From positions 6,467 to 70,466 of the forward strand of contig JAZRCM010000015.1 in the NCBI GenBank assembly GCA_045659785.1: a stretch of 64,000 nt of DNA, given 5' to 3'. Of the stretch, positions 41,197-51,777 are shown piece after piece. The translations under genes and the position numbers were made by a program. The notes under the pieces were generated by a model. The model was not told the origin of the DNA. It ran no database searches and saw only the letters and a list, made by a program, of their open reading frames with translations. The DNA is from Alphaproteobacteria bacterium (GTDB taxonomy: Bacteria > Pseudomonadota > Alphaproteobacteria > RF32 > CAG-239). Numbering within the stretch: the first letter of the stretch is position 1; the number at the start of each line of letters is the position of its first letter.

Positions 41197-44100
41197 TTAA
41201 TGAAATCTCTTTTCCTCATGCCATTTGGCAACAGCCTTATTAAAACTGTAATTCGGTTTATAGTATTTTTCAACATGCTCATAAGTTCTGACATCAGAAT
41301 TTTGTGCTGCTAATTGCTCATGAAAACCTAATTGTAAACTTCTGATATGAGATTTCATTCTATCACTAACAATTCTCTGAGCCGGCTCAAAATCCGGATG
41401 ATGCTCAATTTTTTTGGTCATAATGGTTTTTAACATTTTACCAAGTTTACCCATACTTCTTTCTCGAGTAAAATATTTACCTACATGACCATAGAAACCG
41501 GGCTTTCTCCCCTTATTTTCTTCCAAAACGGTACGCCCTGCCTTATCATCACCTGCTTCATGATTTTTTTCTTCCGCCATAATTACTTTAGCACAACTGT
41601 CGAGCATAAAGTTTTGAACACCTCTCACACGAGCAGCTATTTCTTCATCAGTTATAGGCTGAGGATGTTTTCCTCTCATAACATCGTTAGCCAGCGAATA
41701 AAAAACGGTTCTCTTTACATCGTACGGAATTGAAGAATCATCACTAATCAGCCAATCATGTGCTTGTCTGATTTTGCGATTATCGGGAGTATCAGGCAGA
41801 TTATAAATTGCCTTAAGTTCCTCAACCCGCATTTCGATATCATAATCTCCCGTAATTTCAAGACGTTTTATAACTTCGGGATTAACCTTATCAAACGCAT
41901 TGTCAGCAACTTTCATTTGAGAAATATCAAGTTTCTCTAAATTCGGCATACGATTAAGCGGCTCTAAGTCTAAATTTCCATGACTAACTCTCAATAGTTT
42001 TATACTTTTCAACGACTTAGGCAATTCTTCCAACAACGTATCTTGAGCTTTACTGTCATAAAGGTAAAATTCTTCTAACTTAACATTTTCCGGGATAACG
42101 GAATAGTCAACCAAACCATTATTATCCGTCTGCATATACCCCAGTTCTAATACCTTAAGATGAGGAGATGCGTCTTTAAGAAATTTACTGTCAAAACCCC
42201 ATTCCGGACTAACAATATGTAATTTTGTCATTTGAGGTAAATCAGAAATATCTCTATGATCCTTATCCCACCTCATCTCAATATTTTCTTGAATTACCTC
42301 ATGAGCATATTGAACATCTGACATATCAACACCACTCACTTTTATCTCTCTCTGTGCTATTTTAGGAGCTAAATCTTCCTTCTGCTCTTTTGTAATACCG
42401 GAATGGTATCCGAATGCAATATGTCTTATTGAAGAATTTTCAGGTAATAAATCAACATCAAAATATTTATTTGCTTCAATAACTTCCGTTTTCGGATTTA
42501 ACATAAATGCTTCTTTTTCGGTTATCGGATCCAAAAATCTTACCTTAGTTGCATTTGGCAATTTTACGATAGCTTCACAGTTACTGCTTCCGTATATTGT
42601 CAAATCTCCTGCAATATTGATATTTGAAAAGTCATAAACTTTTCCTTTTTCTAATTTTTCAAGACGGAGAGCAATATTCCCTCTGTATAATATATCCGGA
42701 GACATTTTTGTCGCATCAACGGTTATTTGACTTCCCTCTTCACCGAGAATAACTTCTTTTAAATTTTTACCGCTAATATCGCACAAACCGTCTGCCTGTC
42801 GTAGCTTGCACACCTCAACACTATCAGGCAATACAACAACATCTCCGACATTACCTAAATTAATTTTTTTACATTGCGGAAATTCTCTCAACCAATAAGG
42901 AGGTGTAAATTCTCCGGTTACATGAAGAGAACTTAAGCTTTGAGGAACATTCCATTGTCCATAATCATCTGTTGAATTAAAAATACAATGTTGGGACCAA
43001 TCTATATCTCCGTCATAAACCCAAACCCCATCTTTTTGCGAAAGTTTGGTTTCATCAAGCATTTTGGTCTTTTTAATAACATCTATAATATCACATTCCT
43101 TAAAATTGATATCCGCAACATTATCAAGCCTAATCCCTAATTTAGGACTAGGCAAAGATGCCAAACGATTAGGATTTGTTCTTCTATCGTATGTAAAACC
43201 AATAACAAGCTCTTTACATTCCGGATAATTAATCTCATATGTTTCATCATCTATTCTGTTATGCGTAAGGTTTAATGCTCCGTTTATCTTATGCTCGCCA
43301 AAATCACGAGGCAAACTTGATAAATTTCTGTATGACAAGTCAAGAAACGTATTTATTGTTTTATCATCTCCCGATAAATGAGCTTCAGTCCATTTTGTTC
43401 CTAACATTTTAGATAATACATCTTTGGTAGATTGTTCGGATAAATTTCCCCAATGGCCTCCCTCTATTCCGCCTTCAGAAAAAGGAACATTATTAATATT
43501 AAACTTAACACCTTGCTCCAAAAGTAACTTATTATATTTTGGAAAAGATGATATGTTCCAAATTTGATTAGACTTCAGATTGATTTCTCCGCTTGTTTCA
43601 ATCTTACCAAAATCATTAGGCAAAGAAGTCAGCCCTCTGTTTGATAAATCAATATCGGTATCAATAATAATTTTACCGTTTTCTTCTCTTAAATGTTCTT
43701 CAACCCATTTCGGACCATTAAGTTTAGTTAACAGTTCTTTAGTAGTAAACTTCGAAACATCGCCCCATTTTCCGCCGCTAATTCCCTCTTCCAAAATCGG
43801 CATATCCGCAAAATTAACACCCAAAGAAGAATTTATTTCTAATTTTTTTATATTTCTCCAATCTCGATTAAAATCAACGTCCTTTGCCGATACAATATTG
43901 ATTATCGTTGCATTTCCGAAGTTTTCCGGAATTTTTGCATTTTGTATTATCAATTTTTCACAATTTATCGGGTATTTCGAATATCCGTCAGCTTCATCAT
44001 CAGATTTTATGGTAAAACTTTTGATATGTTTTATAACTGAAAGTTGCTTTATTGTATTTTCATCAAATTTACCGTCTAATATCAACTCATTAACAGATTC

Positions 44101-45303
44101 AATATTTTCTAATTTCACCCCTTTGTAAGATGTGCCATATTGCAACTGCAACTTGTCAAGCTCGACCCCCTCGGGCAAATCAAACAAATCAACCTCTTTA
44201 TTATTTATATCACGAATATATCCGATATATTGTTTCTCCGATTGAGGTATCGGCATATTTAACGATTGAACAAAATCTCGTACATCGGGAAGATATTTGA
44301 ACTTAACTGCAGTATTTGAGTTTCCCTTAATTTGCTTTAATTGTCCATTTTCAATGGAAATTGTACAATGCGGGACCAATACTCCATTTTCATCAGGACC
44401 ACGTAATGTATAAAACTTCCACCCGTCTTTGCCTACATATTGATTATAACCGCCTCGACCGACGCAATGTCCCATTTCATCAGACTCATATTTCAATGAA
44501 GTATGGTGCAATACATTTCCGTTTCCATCATATACCGGAGACGGAAGCATCTCATAAATACTGTAACCGTCAGGATATTCTTTTACCAGCTCTATACCTG
44601 TTCGGCTTTCTTCTCTGCGTTGTGCAATTTCTTTGTTTTTGCGTTCTATTTCCGCTTTTTCTTTTTCAAAGGCAATATGAATTTCTTCTATTAAATCAAA
44701 CGTAATTCCTGTTTCATCAATATCTTTATCTAATAATCTTTTTGCATCTAATTTGATTATATTCCTTATATCTGCGGGCTGTGTAACCTTATCGTTCATT
44801 TCACGAACTCGCCCAAAAACATAATCAGAGAGTGAGGTTATCTTTCCTCCTAATTCTCCGCCGGTTAAATTATCTCCGTCAACTTGCAATATTCCGTCAT
44901 TATATTCAAACGGAACTCCATGTTTTGTTAAAACTTCAGGAGTAGTCATAATTTTCGCCAGAAACAATGCACCGGCATAGGCTTTTACATCTGAAGATAA
45001 ATAATAAAAACTATTGTGTTCTGATGTTTTTAGCCCTTCTATTTCGACATTTATTTCTTTTATTTGTGTACCTAATAATGCTTTTTCTTCTTTGGTTGCC
45101 GCAGTCTTAATTTTAGAAGTAATCTCTTTGATTTGCTCTTTAAGTTCTTTAATTTTAGCTGCATTTTCCTTAAAATCGTCTTTAGCTTTTTGACGCTTTT
45201 CACTCGCACTATTAAGTTCTTCACCATAACGAATTGCCGTATCGACATCACCTTTCATTATAATGGAGCGTAAAACTTCGTTTAATCTGATATAATTGGC
45301 CAT
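41197..45303 (-). CDS. Large orphan protein: coiled coil + PcfJ-like domain + leucine-rich repeats
   Basis: ESDEMGHCVG..Y...YTLR...PHCTI...QIKGNSN (PcfJ-like); DLSNRGLTSLP, DLSYRNLSSLP, LEKLDIS (LRR); likely start MANY after GAGGG. Confidence 0.75.
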   Translation of the reverse strand: MANYIRLNEVLRSIIMKGDVDTAIRYGEELNSASEKRQKAKDDFKENAAKIKELKEQIKEITSKIKTAATKEEKALLGTQIKEINVEIEGLKTSEHNSFYYLSSDVKAYAGALFLAKIMTTPEVLTKHGVPFEYNDGILQVDGDNLTGGELGGKITSLSDYVFGRVREMNDKVTQPADIRNIIKLDAKRLLDKDIDETGITFDLIEEIHIAFEKEKAEIERKNKEIAQRREESRTGIELVKEYPDGYSIYEMLPSPVYDGNGNVLHHTSLKYESDEMGHCVGRGGYNQYVGKDGWKFYTLRGPDENGVLVPHCTISIENGQLKQIKGNSNTAVKFKYLPDVRDFVQSLNMPIPQSEKQYIGYIRDINNKEVDLFDLPEGVELDKLQLQYGTSYKGVKLENIESVNELILDGKFDENTIKQLSVIKHIKSFTIKSDDEADGYSKYPINCEKLIIQNAKIPENFGNATIINIVSAKDVDFNRDWRNIKKLEINSSLGVNFADMPILEEGISGGKWGDVSKFTTKELLTKLNGPKWVEEHLREENGKIIIDTDIDLSNRGLTSLPNDFGKIETSGEINLKSNQIWNISSFPKYNKLLLEQGVKFNINNVPFSEGGIEGGHWGNLSEQSTKDVLSKMLGTKWTEAHLSGDDKTINTFLDLSYRNLSSLPRDFGEHKINGALNLTHNRIDDETYEINYPECKELVIGFTYDRRTNPNRLASLPSPKLGIRLDNVADINFKECDIIDVIKKTKMLDETKLSQKDGVWVYDGDIDWSQHCIFNSTDDYGQWNVPQSLSSLHVTGEFTPPYWLREFPQCKKINLGNVGDVVVLPDSVEVCKLRQADGLCDISGKNLKEVILGEEGSQITVDATKMSPDILYRGNIALRLEKLEKGKVYDFSNINIAGDLTIYGSSNCEAIVKLPNATKVRFLDPITEKEAFMLNPKTEVIEANKYFDVDLLPENSSIRHIAFGYHSGITKEQKEDLAPKIAQREIKVSGVDMSDVQYAHEVIQENIEMRWDKDHRDISDLPQMTKLHIVSPEWGFDSKFLKDASPHLKVLELGYMQTDNNGLVDYSVIPENVKLEEFYLYDSKAQDTLLEELPKSLKSIKLLRVSHGNLDLEPLNRMPNLEKLDISQMKVADNAFDKVNPEVIKRLEITGDYDIEMRVEELKAIYNLPDTPDNRKIRQAHDWLISDDSSIPYDVKRTVFYSLANDVMRGKHPQPITDEEIAARVRGVQNFMLDSCAKVIMAEEKNHEAGDDKAGRTVLEENKGRKPGFYGHVGKYFTRERSMGKLGKMLKTIMTKKIEHHPDFEPAQRIVSDRMKSHIRSLQLGFHEQLAAQNSDVRTYEHVEKYYKPNYSFNKAVAKWHEEKRFH

Positions 45304-45404
45304 GACACCCTCTGAACTGTTATTAATACTAACAGTATAATACAAAAGTATTTTTTGTCAATTTTTTTACAAAAAATAAACCCCCTTTTCAGAGGGTTTA
45401 TTGA

Positions 45405-46340
45405 TTATTCGGAAGGAGGAACCAAATCAGGAAGAGTTCCGGTTGCTTTCTTACGTTTAAGCTTGCCTACAAACTTAATGGAGCGTTGAGCATCCCACTT
45501 TTTCTTACCTTCTTCAGTATTAAAGATTTGTTTATAAATCTCAATAGCTTGATCAAACTCTGACAATTTAGTCAAACAGCTTGCCAAACCGTCATAAAGC
45601 TTGTGATGATAACGACCTTCATTAATCATCTGAGCTTTTTTGTAGCATTTCAAAGCATCAGGGAATTTGAGCATTTTTTGATATACGAAACCGATACTAA
45701 TCCATGCTTGAATTTCACGATTGTTAATATTCAAAATCTTTGTAAAACACTTCAAAGCCGAATTGTTATCGCCCATCAACTGATATGTAACACCGATACC
45801 GTTCCAAGCTTTGATATTTGACTTATCGGAAGCTAAAACTTTCTTGAAGAACGAAATAGCTCTATCAAATTGTTTCAATTTTTGCAAAGTAACCGCAATA
45901 CTCAATAATGATTGAACATGCTTTTCATCAATAGCCATAGCTTTTTCAAGAACATCTAAAGCTTCTTTGTACATATACATATGTTGCAAAGCAATAGCTT
46001 TACCGTTCAAAGCTTCCAATGAAGTATTATCAAGAGCAACCGCTAAATCAAACTGTTCAATCGCATCTTTATAAAGACCGCGCATTGAAAGTGTAACACC
46101 CTTGTTATTGATAATTTCTACTGATTGCGGATTTTTTTCTAATGCCTTATCAAAGCACTCAACCGCTTCTGTGTAACGGCTAAGTTTTTGCAAAGCAAAA
46201 CCTTTTGAATTCAAAGCTTTCCATGAATCCGGTTGTTCGTTAATTGCCTGATCAAATTGGGCAATAGCATCTTTATACATACCTTGGTCTAAAAGTTCCT
46301 GACCGCGGCGATATGAGTTGTTTTCGTTAGTTTTTACCAT
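45405..46340 (-). CDS. Tetratricopeptide repeat protein
   Basis: Seven to eight 34-aa repeats of the type AWNGIG..Y...G....AL.CF.K.L. Confidence 0.9.
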   Translation of the reverse strand: MVKTNENNSYRRGQELLDQGMYKDAIAQFDQAINEQPDSWKALNSKGFALQKLSRYTEAVECFDKALEKNPQSVEIINNKGVTLSMRGLYKDAIEQFDLAVALDNTSLEALNGKAIALQHMYMYKEALDVLEKAMAIDEKHVQSLLSIAVTLQKLKQFDRAISFFKKVLASDKSNIKAWNGIGVTYQLMGDNNSALKCFTKILNINNREIQAWISIGFVYQKMLKFPDALKCYKKAQMINEGRYHHKLYDGLASCLTKLSEFDQAIEIYKQIFNTEEGKKKWDAQRSIKFVGKLKRKKATGTLPDLVPPSE

Positions 46341-46425
46341 TTTTCTCTCTTCTAAAACAAAATAATTCACTTCCGCCAAAATAACACCAAAATATTTTTT
46401 TGTCAATAAGATACAGCAACAAGAT

Positions 46426-47373
46426 TTATATTATTTTCATTTGCTTTGTTATTGCTATATCGGTTCTTATAGAGAGATAGCGACACCCGAATTTACGACA
46501 AAATTCCCGCATTTTTTCTCGCTTATCCGCAAAAAATCGTTGATATTCCTCACAAAAAGCCTGATACCTGCTGTCAAATACCACCGACTGCACTTCATCT
46601 GATATCATATATTCTCCCGGTAACGGAGCTTTTTCTTCCAACATATCATACACATTTACGCAAAAGAGCTGACATTTTTTAGCTAACATTGCCAATGATT
46701 TTTTATCATCATCGTTCAAACCGCTAAAATCACTGACCACAAATACCGTAGCTCTGCTTTTTATGCCCTGAACCATCATTTGCAATGTCTTGTTCAATCC
46801 TTTATTTTGAATTTTTTCTTCGGTAATATGCTGATTAACCAACGATATTTTCTTAAAAATCGCCAATAAATGCGCCCTATTCTGTTGCGGTTTAAACTGC
46901 CAAGTATTTTGTCCGTCAAAAATCAACGCACCGAATCGGTCATTATTCTCTTGAGCCATCCAGCCTAGCAATGCAGTTATCTTGCTCGCCGTAACCGATT
47001 TTAACTCCTTACGAGTACCAAAAACCATTGATGACGACAAATCAAGCAAAACATATATTTCTCTGTCTTTTTCTTCGTTATAAATTTTGGTATAAGGAGT
47101 ATTTTTTCGTGCAGTAATTCGCCAATCAATATCACGAACATCATCACCGAAGGCATATTCACGACTTTCTTCCATTTCAATTCCTCGTCCCTTGAATGCC
47201 GATTTTACGTCTCCGGCTTGAACAGAAGAATTAAGACGGGTTTTAATATGCAAATAGCGAACATTTTTACGTTGCTCCATCAAATCTTCCAACGAGGCAA
47301 CCAGACCTTTTCTCTCATCTTTTTTTGATGTTTTTTTGAACAAAGTTTCCGCTATTTTTCTAATTTTAACCAT
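46426..47373 (-). CDS. DUF58 domain protein (MoxR-associated, vWA-like)
   Basis: GRGIEMEESREYAFGDDVRDIDWRITAR, LLDLSSSM.FG, VVSDF. Confidence 0.92.
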   Translation of the reverse strand: MVKIRKIAETLFKKTSKKDERKGLVASLEDLMEQRKNVRYLHIKTRLNSSVQAGDVKSAFKGRGIEMEESREYAFGDDVRDIDWRITARKNTPYTKIYNEEKDREIYVLLDLSSSMVFGTRKELKSVTASKITALLGWMAQENNDRFGALIFDGQNTWQFKPQQNRAHLLAIFKKISLVNQHITEEKIQNKGLNKTLQMMVQGIKSRATVFVVSDFSGLNDDDKKSLAMLAKKCQLFCVNVYDMLEEKAPLPGEYMISDEVQSVVFDSRYQAFCEEYQRFFADKREKMREFCRKFGCRYLSIRTDIAITKQMKII

Positions 47374-47382
47374 AATAAATCC

Positions 47383-48354
47383 CTATGGCAACGGTACAAC
47401 ATTCAACAACTTTGTAATGATGTCATCACTTGTATAGCCTTCGGCCTGAGCCTCAAAACTCAAAATTATACGATGACGCAAAATATCATAAATAACCGCA
47501 TGAATATCTTCGGGAGTAACAAAATCTCGTCCGGAAATCCAAGCATTTATTTTAGCACATCTGTCCAGGGCGATTGTTGCACGAGGACTTGCTCCATACA
47601 TTACCAATCCGGACAAAGCTTCGTCATATTTTTCGGGATGACGAGTAGCAACAATAAGCTGAACCAGATATTCTTCCATTTCTTTGCTTAAATATGTTCC
47701 TAAAGCTTCTTTTGTAGCCGCTGCAATGTCTTTAATTTCGAGCTTATCAAAATGAGTATCTTCACTCGGGTTTACAAAGGTTCCTTCTTTTCTTACCAAT
47801 TCCAAAATTTTATGTTCATCGGAAGCTGTCGGCTGATCAATTCTGATATACATCAAAAATCGGTCTAATTGAGCCTCAGGCAAATTATATGTACCTTCGT
47901 GTTCAATCGGATTTTGTGTTGCCATAACCATAAACAATTTAGGCAATTTGAAACGTTGTCCGCCGACACTGACCTGTCTTTCAGCCATAGCTTCCAACAA
48001 CGCTGACTGAACCTTTGCCGGAGCACGGTTGATTTCATCGGCCAGTACCAAATTAGCAAAAACCGGACCTTGTCTAAACTCAAATTCGCCCTTTTGCGAA
48101 ACATAGATTTCACTACCGGTAATATCAGCCGGCAACAAATCGGGAGTAAATTGAATACGATTAAACGATGCAGAAATGCAGTCAGCCAAAGTTTTGATAG
48201 CTTTAGTTTTAGCAAGACCGGGAGCGCCCTCAACCAAAGCATGTCCTTCGGCAAGCATAGTAATTATCATTTTTCGAACCATTTCTTTTTGGCCGATAAT
48301 TTTTTTATCCATATATTGAGTTAAATTTACAATTTTTTCTCTGATTTCTGACAT
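47383..48354 (-). CDS. moxR: MoxR family AAA+ ATPase
   Basis: EGAPGLAKT, RIQFTPDLLPAD, LADEINRAPAKVQSALLE, ATQNPIEHEGTYNLPEAQLDRF. Confidence 0.95.
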   Translation of the reverse strand: MSEIREKIVNLTQYMDKKIIGQKEMVRKMIITMLAEGHALVEGAPGLAKTKAIKTLADCISASFNRIQFTPDLLPADITGSEIYVSQKGEFEFRQGPVFANLVLADEINRAPAKVQSALLEAMAERQVSVGGQRFKLPKLFMVMATQNPIEHEGTYNLPEAQLDRFLMYIRIDQPTASDEHKILELVRKEGTFVNPSEDTHFDKLEIKDIAAATKEALGTYLSKEMEEYLVQLIVATRHPEKYDEALSGLVMYGASPRATIALDRCAKINAWISGRDFVTPEDIHAVIYDILRHRIILSFEAQAEGYTSDDIITKLLNVVPLP

Positions 48355-48452
48355 TTTTTCCTCATGGGTATAGTTTCAAATAAGCTCTTTTATTTTTTTT
48401 ATAATAATATAATATACGCAGCAGAAAACAAAAAAACAAGAAGTATCCACCG

Positions 48453-50783
48453 ATGAACGACATATTTGATTTAGACAGCGAAAACACAGCTGTAAGTTTT
48501 GACAATATTTCCGCTTTAATGCCGTCTGCTCCTTGGCTTGACGAACTTAATCCGGAACAAAAACAGGCCGTAACAACAACGGAAGGTCCGCTTTTGGTTC
48601 TTTCGGGTGCCGGAACCGGTAAAACCAAGGTTTTAACTACTCGTTTAGCCTATATTCTTTCACAAATGAAAGCAAATCCTTGGAACTGTTTGGTTGTCAC
48701 ATTTACCAACAGAGCTGCTCGTGAAATGACACAACGTGCTCGCAATATGATTGGTAATATGGTTGACTCGGTTTGGATGGGTACTTTTCATGGAATTTGC
48801 GTAAAAATACTACGTCAACATGCCGAATTGGTCGGATTAAAAAATAATTTTACCATTTTGGGCGAAGATGACCAACGTCGCCTAATCAAACAAATATGCG
48901 AAGCTCAAGGAATTGATGATAAAAAATATCCTCCGCAAGGTTTATTGGATAAAATTCAACTATGGAAAGATAAAGGACTTACTATAGATAAGATTAATAC
49001 CGACATACACGGCAATGTTTTGGTTAATGTTTACAAGGCATATCAAAGCCGTTTAATCGAACTTAATTGCGTAGATTTCGGCGATATTTTGCTCTATGCG
49101 TTAAATATCTTAATGTCCGCCCCCGAAGTTTTGGAAAAATATCAAGAGCGTTTCAAATATATAATGGTTGACGAATATCAAGATACCAATGTTACACAAT
49201 ATCTTTTATTGCGTTTATTATGCCAAAAGCATCGCAATATATGTTGTGTAGGTGATGATGACCAATCCATTTATTCTTGGCGAGGAGCCGAAATTGAAAA
49301 CATCTTGCGTTTTGAAAAAGATTTTCAAAATGCACAAATTATCAGACTTGAACGCAACTATCGTTCAACCGCAAACATACTGGGAGCTGCCTCATCCTTG
49401 ATAAAACACAATAGCGGACGTCTCGGAAAAACCTTGAAAGTTGCCGAAAACAGTCCGGCAAATAATTCCGATAATCACAAAGTAAAAGTAGTGAGCACAT
49501 ATTCCGGTTCGGAAGAAGCCGTCTATGTTACGGAAGAAATCGAAAATAACTATCGTTACGGAACCGAATATTCCGATATGGCAATTTTAGTTCGTACGGC
49601 AGCTCAAACTCGTGAATTTGAAGAAAAATTTATGGCTGAATCTATACCTTATCAGGTAATAGGCGGTCTTAAATTCTATGACCGAGCCGAAATCAAAGAC
49701 ATATTGGCATATTTACGTGTAATCTCACAACCTCACGATGATTTAGCACTTGAACGTATCATAAATAAACCGGCAAGAGGCATCGGAGCCAAAACTATCG
49801 AGAAAATTCAAAACGAAGCCAGATATAACAAAATATCTATGTATATGGCTATTGAAAAAATGCTATCAAACGGAGATTTTTCAGGAAAATCAAAAAATAA
49901 TTTGAACGAATTAATAAACAACTTTAATACTTGGAGACAAAATTCTCAAGTATGGAAAGCTGATGAAATAGCCACAGGAGTGCTTGAAGATTCCGGATAT
50001 ATGGAAATGCTCAAAAATGACAAGTCCGCAGAAGCAGAAGGTAGAATAGAAAACCTAAAAGAGCTTGTTAACGTTATGTCTGATGCGGAAAAATTCCCGA
50101 CTTTAGATGACTTTCTGGAACATACCAGTTTAGTTATGGAAAATGACAATCAACAAGACGATAACAAAGTCAGCATAATGACATTACACTCGGCAAAAGG
50201 TCTTGAATTTGATACGGTTTTTCTACCGGGATGGGAAGAAGGTCTGTTTCCACATCAACGCGCTTTAGATAATGAACAATCCGGTGATTTGGAAGAAGAA
50301 AGACGACTCGCTTATGTAGCAATAACCCGCGCTCGTAAAAAATTATATATATCGACAGCAATAAATCGTCGTATGTATGGCGAATGGAAAAACAATATTC
50401 CGTCTCGTTTTATCAATGAATTGCCTCCGCAATATATCGAAATATGTAATCAGGCTGCAAAATATTTCAACAACAATTATCAACAAAATACATATAAATC
50501 AACAACCAACTGGAATAACTTAAAGCAAAACAATAACATAACTCAAGATAGCGACCGTTTTAGTTATGAAAGAGATGAAGATTATGGTTGGAACAGCGGA
50601 AATTATTACTATGCCAAAAAAGCCGCAAAAAATGCCACAACAGATATGCCGGTAGGAACAAAGATTTTTCATAACACTTTCGGATATGGAAAAGTAATCA
50701 ATGTTGAAGGAAATAAGCTGGAAATTTGGTTTGATAAGTTCGGACATAAAAAACTAATGAAAGACTATGTCAGCAAAGTTTAA
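48453..50783 (+). CDS. uvrD: ATP-dependent DNA helicase UvrD/PcrA
   Basis: GAGTGKT, VDEYQDTN, VGDDDQSIY, NYRST, TLHSAKGLEF, EERRLAYVAITRA, C-terminal Tudor-like domain. Confidence 0.95.
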   Translation: MNDIFDLDSENTAVSFDNISALMPSAPWLDELNPEQKQAVTTTEGPLLVLSGAGTGKTKVLTTRLAYILSQMKANPWNCLVVTFTNRAAREMTQRARNMIGNMVDSVWMGTFHGICVKILRQHAELVGLKNNFTILGEDDQRRLIKQICEAQGIDDKKYPPQGLLDKIQLWKDKGLTIDKINTDIHGNVLVNVYKAYQSRLIELNCVDFGDILLYALNILMSAPEVLEKYQERFKYIMVDEYQDTNVTQYLLLRLLCQKHRNICCVGDDDQSIYSWRGAEIENILRFEKDFQNAQIIRLERNYRSTANILGAASSLIKHNSGRLGKTLKVAENSPANNSDNHKVKVVSTYSGSEEAVYVTEEIENNYRYGTEYSDMAILVRTAAQTREFEEKFMAESIPYQVIGGLKFYDRAEIKDILAYLRVISQPHDDLALERIINKPARGIGAKTIEKIQNEARYNKISMYMAIEKMLSNGDFSGKSKNNLNELINNFNTWRQNSQVWKADEIATGVLEDSGYMEMLKNDKSAEAEGRIENLKELVNVMSDAEKFPTLDDFLEHTSLVMENDNQQDDNKVSIMTLHSAKGLEFDTVFLPGWEEGLFPHQRALDNEQSGDLEEERRLAYVAITRARKKLYISTAINRRMYGEWKNNIPSRFINELPPQYIEICNQAAKYFNNNYQQNTYKSTTNWNNLKQNNNITQDSDRFSYERDEDYGWNSGNYYYAKKAAKNATTDMPVGTKIFHNTFGYGKVINVEGNKLEIWFDKFGHKKLMKDYVSKV

Positions 50784-50829
50784 TTTAGCAAAATACAGAG
50801 GCTCAGAAAGTTAATGATTAACAACAAAT

Positions 50830-50858
50830 AAAAAGGCGATTACTAAATCGCCTTTTTA
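50830..50858. terminator. Bidirectional terminator
   Basis: aaaaaggcgatt-acta-aatcgcctttt. Confidence 0.7.
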
Positions 50859-50859
50859 T

Positions 50860-51777
50860 TTACCTATTTTCTTGCTCTTTTAATCTTCTCATATTCATTT
50901 TTATCCGTAACCGTTTTTCTTTTTCCTCTTCAGTCAAGTGACTGACATGTGTTTTTTCTTTTCCCATGGTTGAGGGACATTGTCTGCTTTTTAGTTCTTG
51001 GCGAATTTTAGCAATTGCTTTACGGGTTTTTGAACGAATATTTATTTTTCTTTTTGATATTTTTCTTCTGGGACCCAAAACCGTAGCATTTGCTTCTTCT
51101 TGAGAAGACTGTTCCTTTTCATCTTCCGCTGTAAGCTCTTTGTCGGCTTTAGTATATGCACTGTTAATTTTTTCAAAATTTTTTATAGTATTTTTAATAC
51201 CATCACTAACCTTTTCTCCGGTTGCAATTTCATAAACATCTTGAGCAACTTTTGCCACCTTTATCGTCCCGCTTCTCTCATCTGATGAACCTATATCCTT
51301 TATGTTTTCCGCCACAGTTGCCGCTTTACTGACACCTTTCACAATCGGAGAATCCGCAACAGAACTTACAGCACCTAATACCGCACTTGCTGTTCCGATA
51401 ACATCTCCCTGCTCTATTTCTTTTTTAATTTTATCAGCTCTTTTGACAACTCGAAGTGTTGTTAAAGCCGCGACCATCCCCTTTGAAACCTTCATAATTT
51501 TCAAAACTTTGCCGACCTGAATAAGAGATATGGCCAATCCGCAAGATTTCATAACTATTTTCCATACCTTCGCCCTATTACTTTTTCGACGCAACTTTTT
51601 CTGCTCAGCATTTTCTTTTTTAGGAATATGAGTATTTGCATAGTGTATGGAAGATATATTATCTCCAATAGACAACACATCATTATAGCCCGAAATCTCC
51701 CGAGCAATCATCCACGCAAGCGGAGCAAAACGACGTTTTTTAGGTTGTTTTTGCGATGTCTTATCTTTTTTAGACAT
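50860..51777 (-). CDS. Hypothetical basic protein, translationally coupled to the upstream gene
   Basis: 305-aa ORF; ATG overlaps the TAA of 51777-53588; amphipathic/hydrophobic middle segments. Confidence 0.7.
   Translation of the reverse strand: MSKKDKTSQKQPKKRRFAPLAWMIAREISGYNDVLSIGDNISSIHYANTHIPKKENAEQKKLRRKSNRAKVWKIVMKSCGLAISLIQVGKVLKIMKVSKGMVAALTTLRVVKRADKIKKEIEQGDVIGTASAVLGAVSSVADSPIVKGVSKAATVAENIKDIGSSDERSGTIKVAKVAQDVYEIATGEKVSDGIKNTIKNFEKINSAYTKADKELTAEDEKEQSSQEEANATVLGPRRKISKRKINIRSKTRKAIAKIRQELKSRQCPSTMGKEKTHVSHLTEEEKEKRLRIKMNMRRLKEQENR

Noticed and set aside
43580-44128. 182-aa plus-strand Ser/Ile-rich ORF and similar short antisense ORFs throughout
   Set aside because: Lie opposite well-supported genes; composition typical of antisense frames
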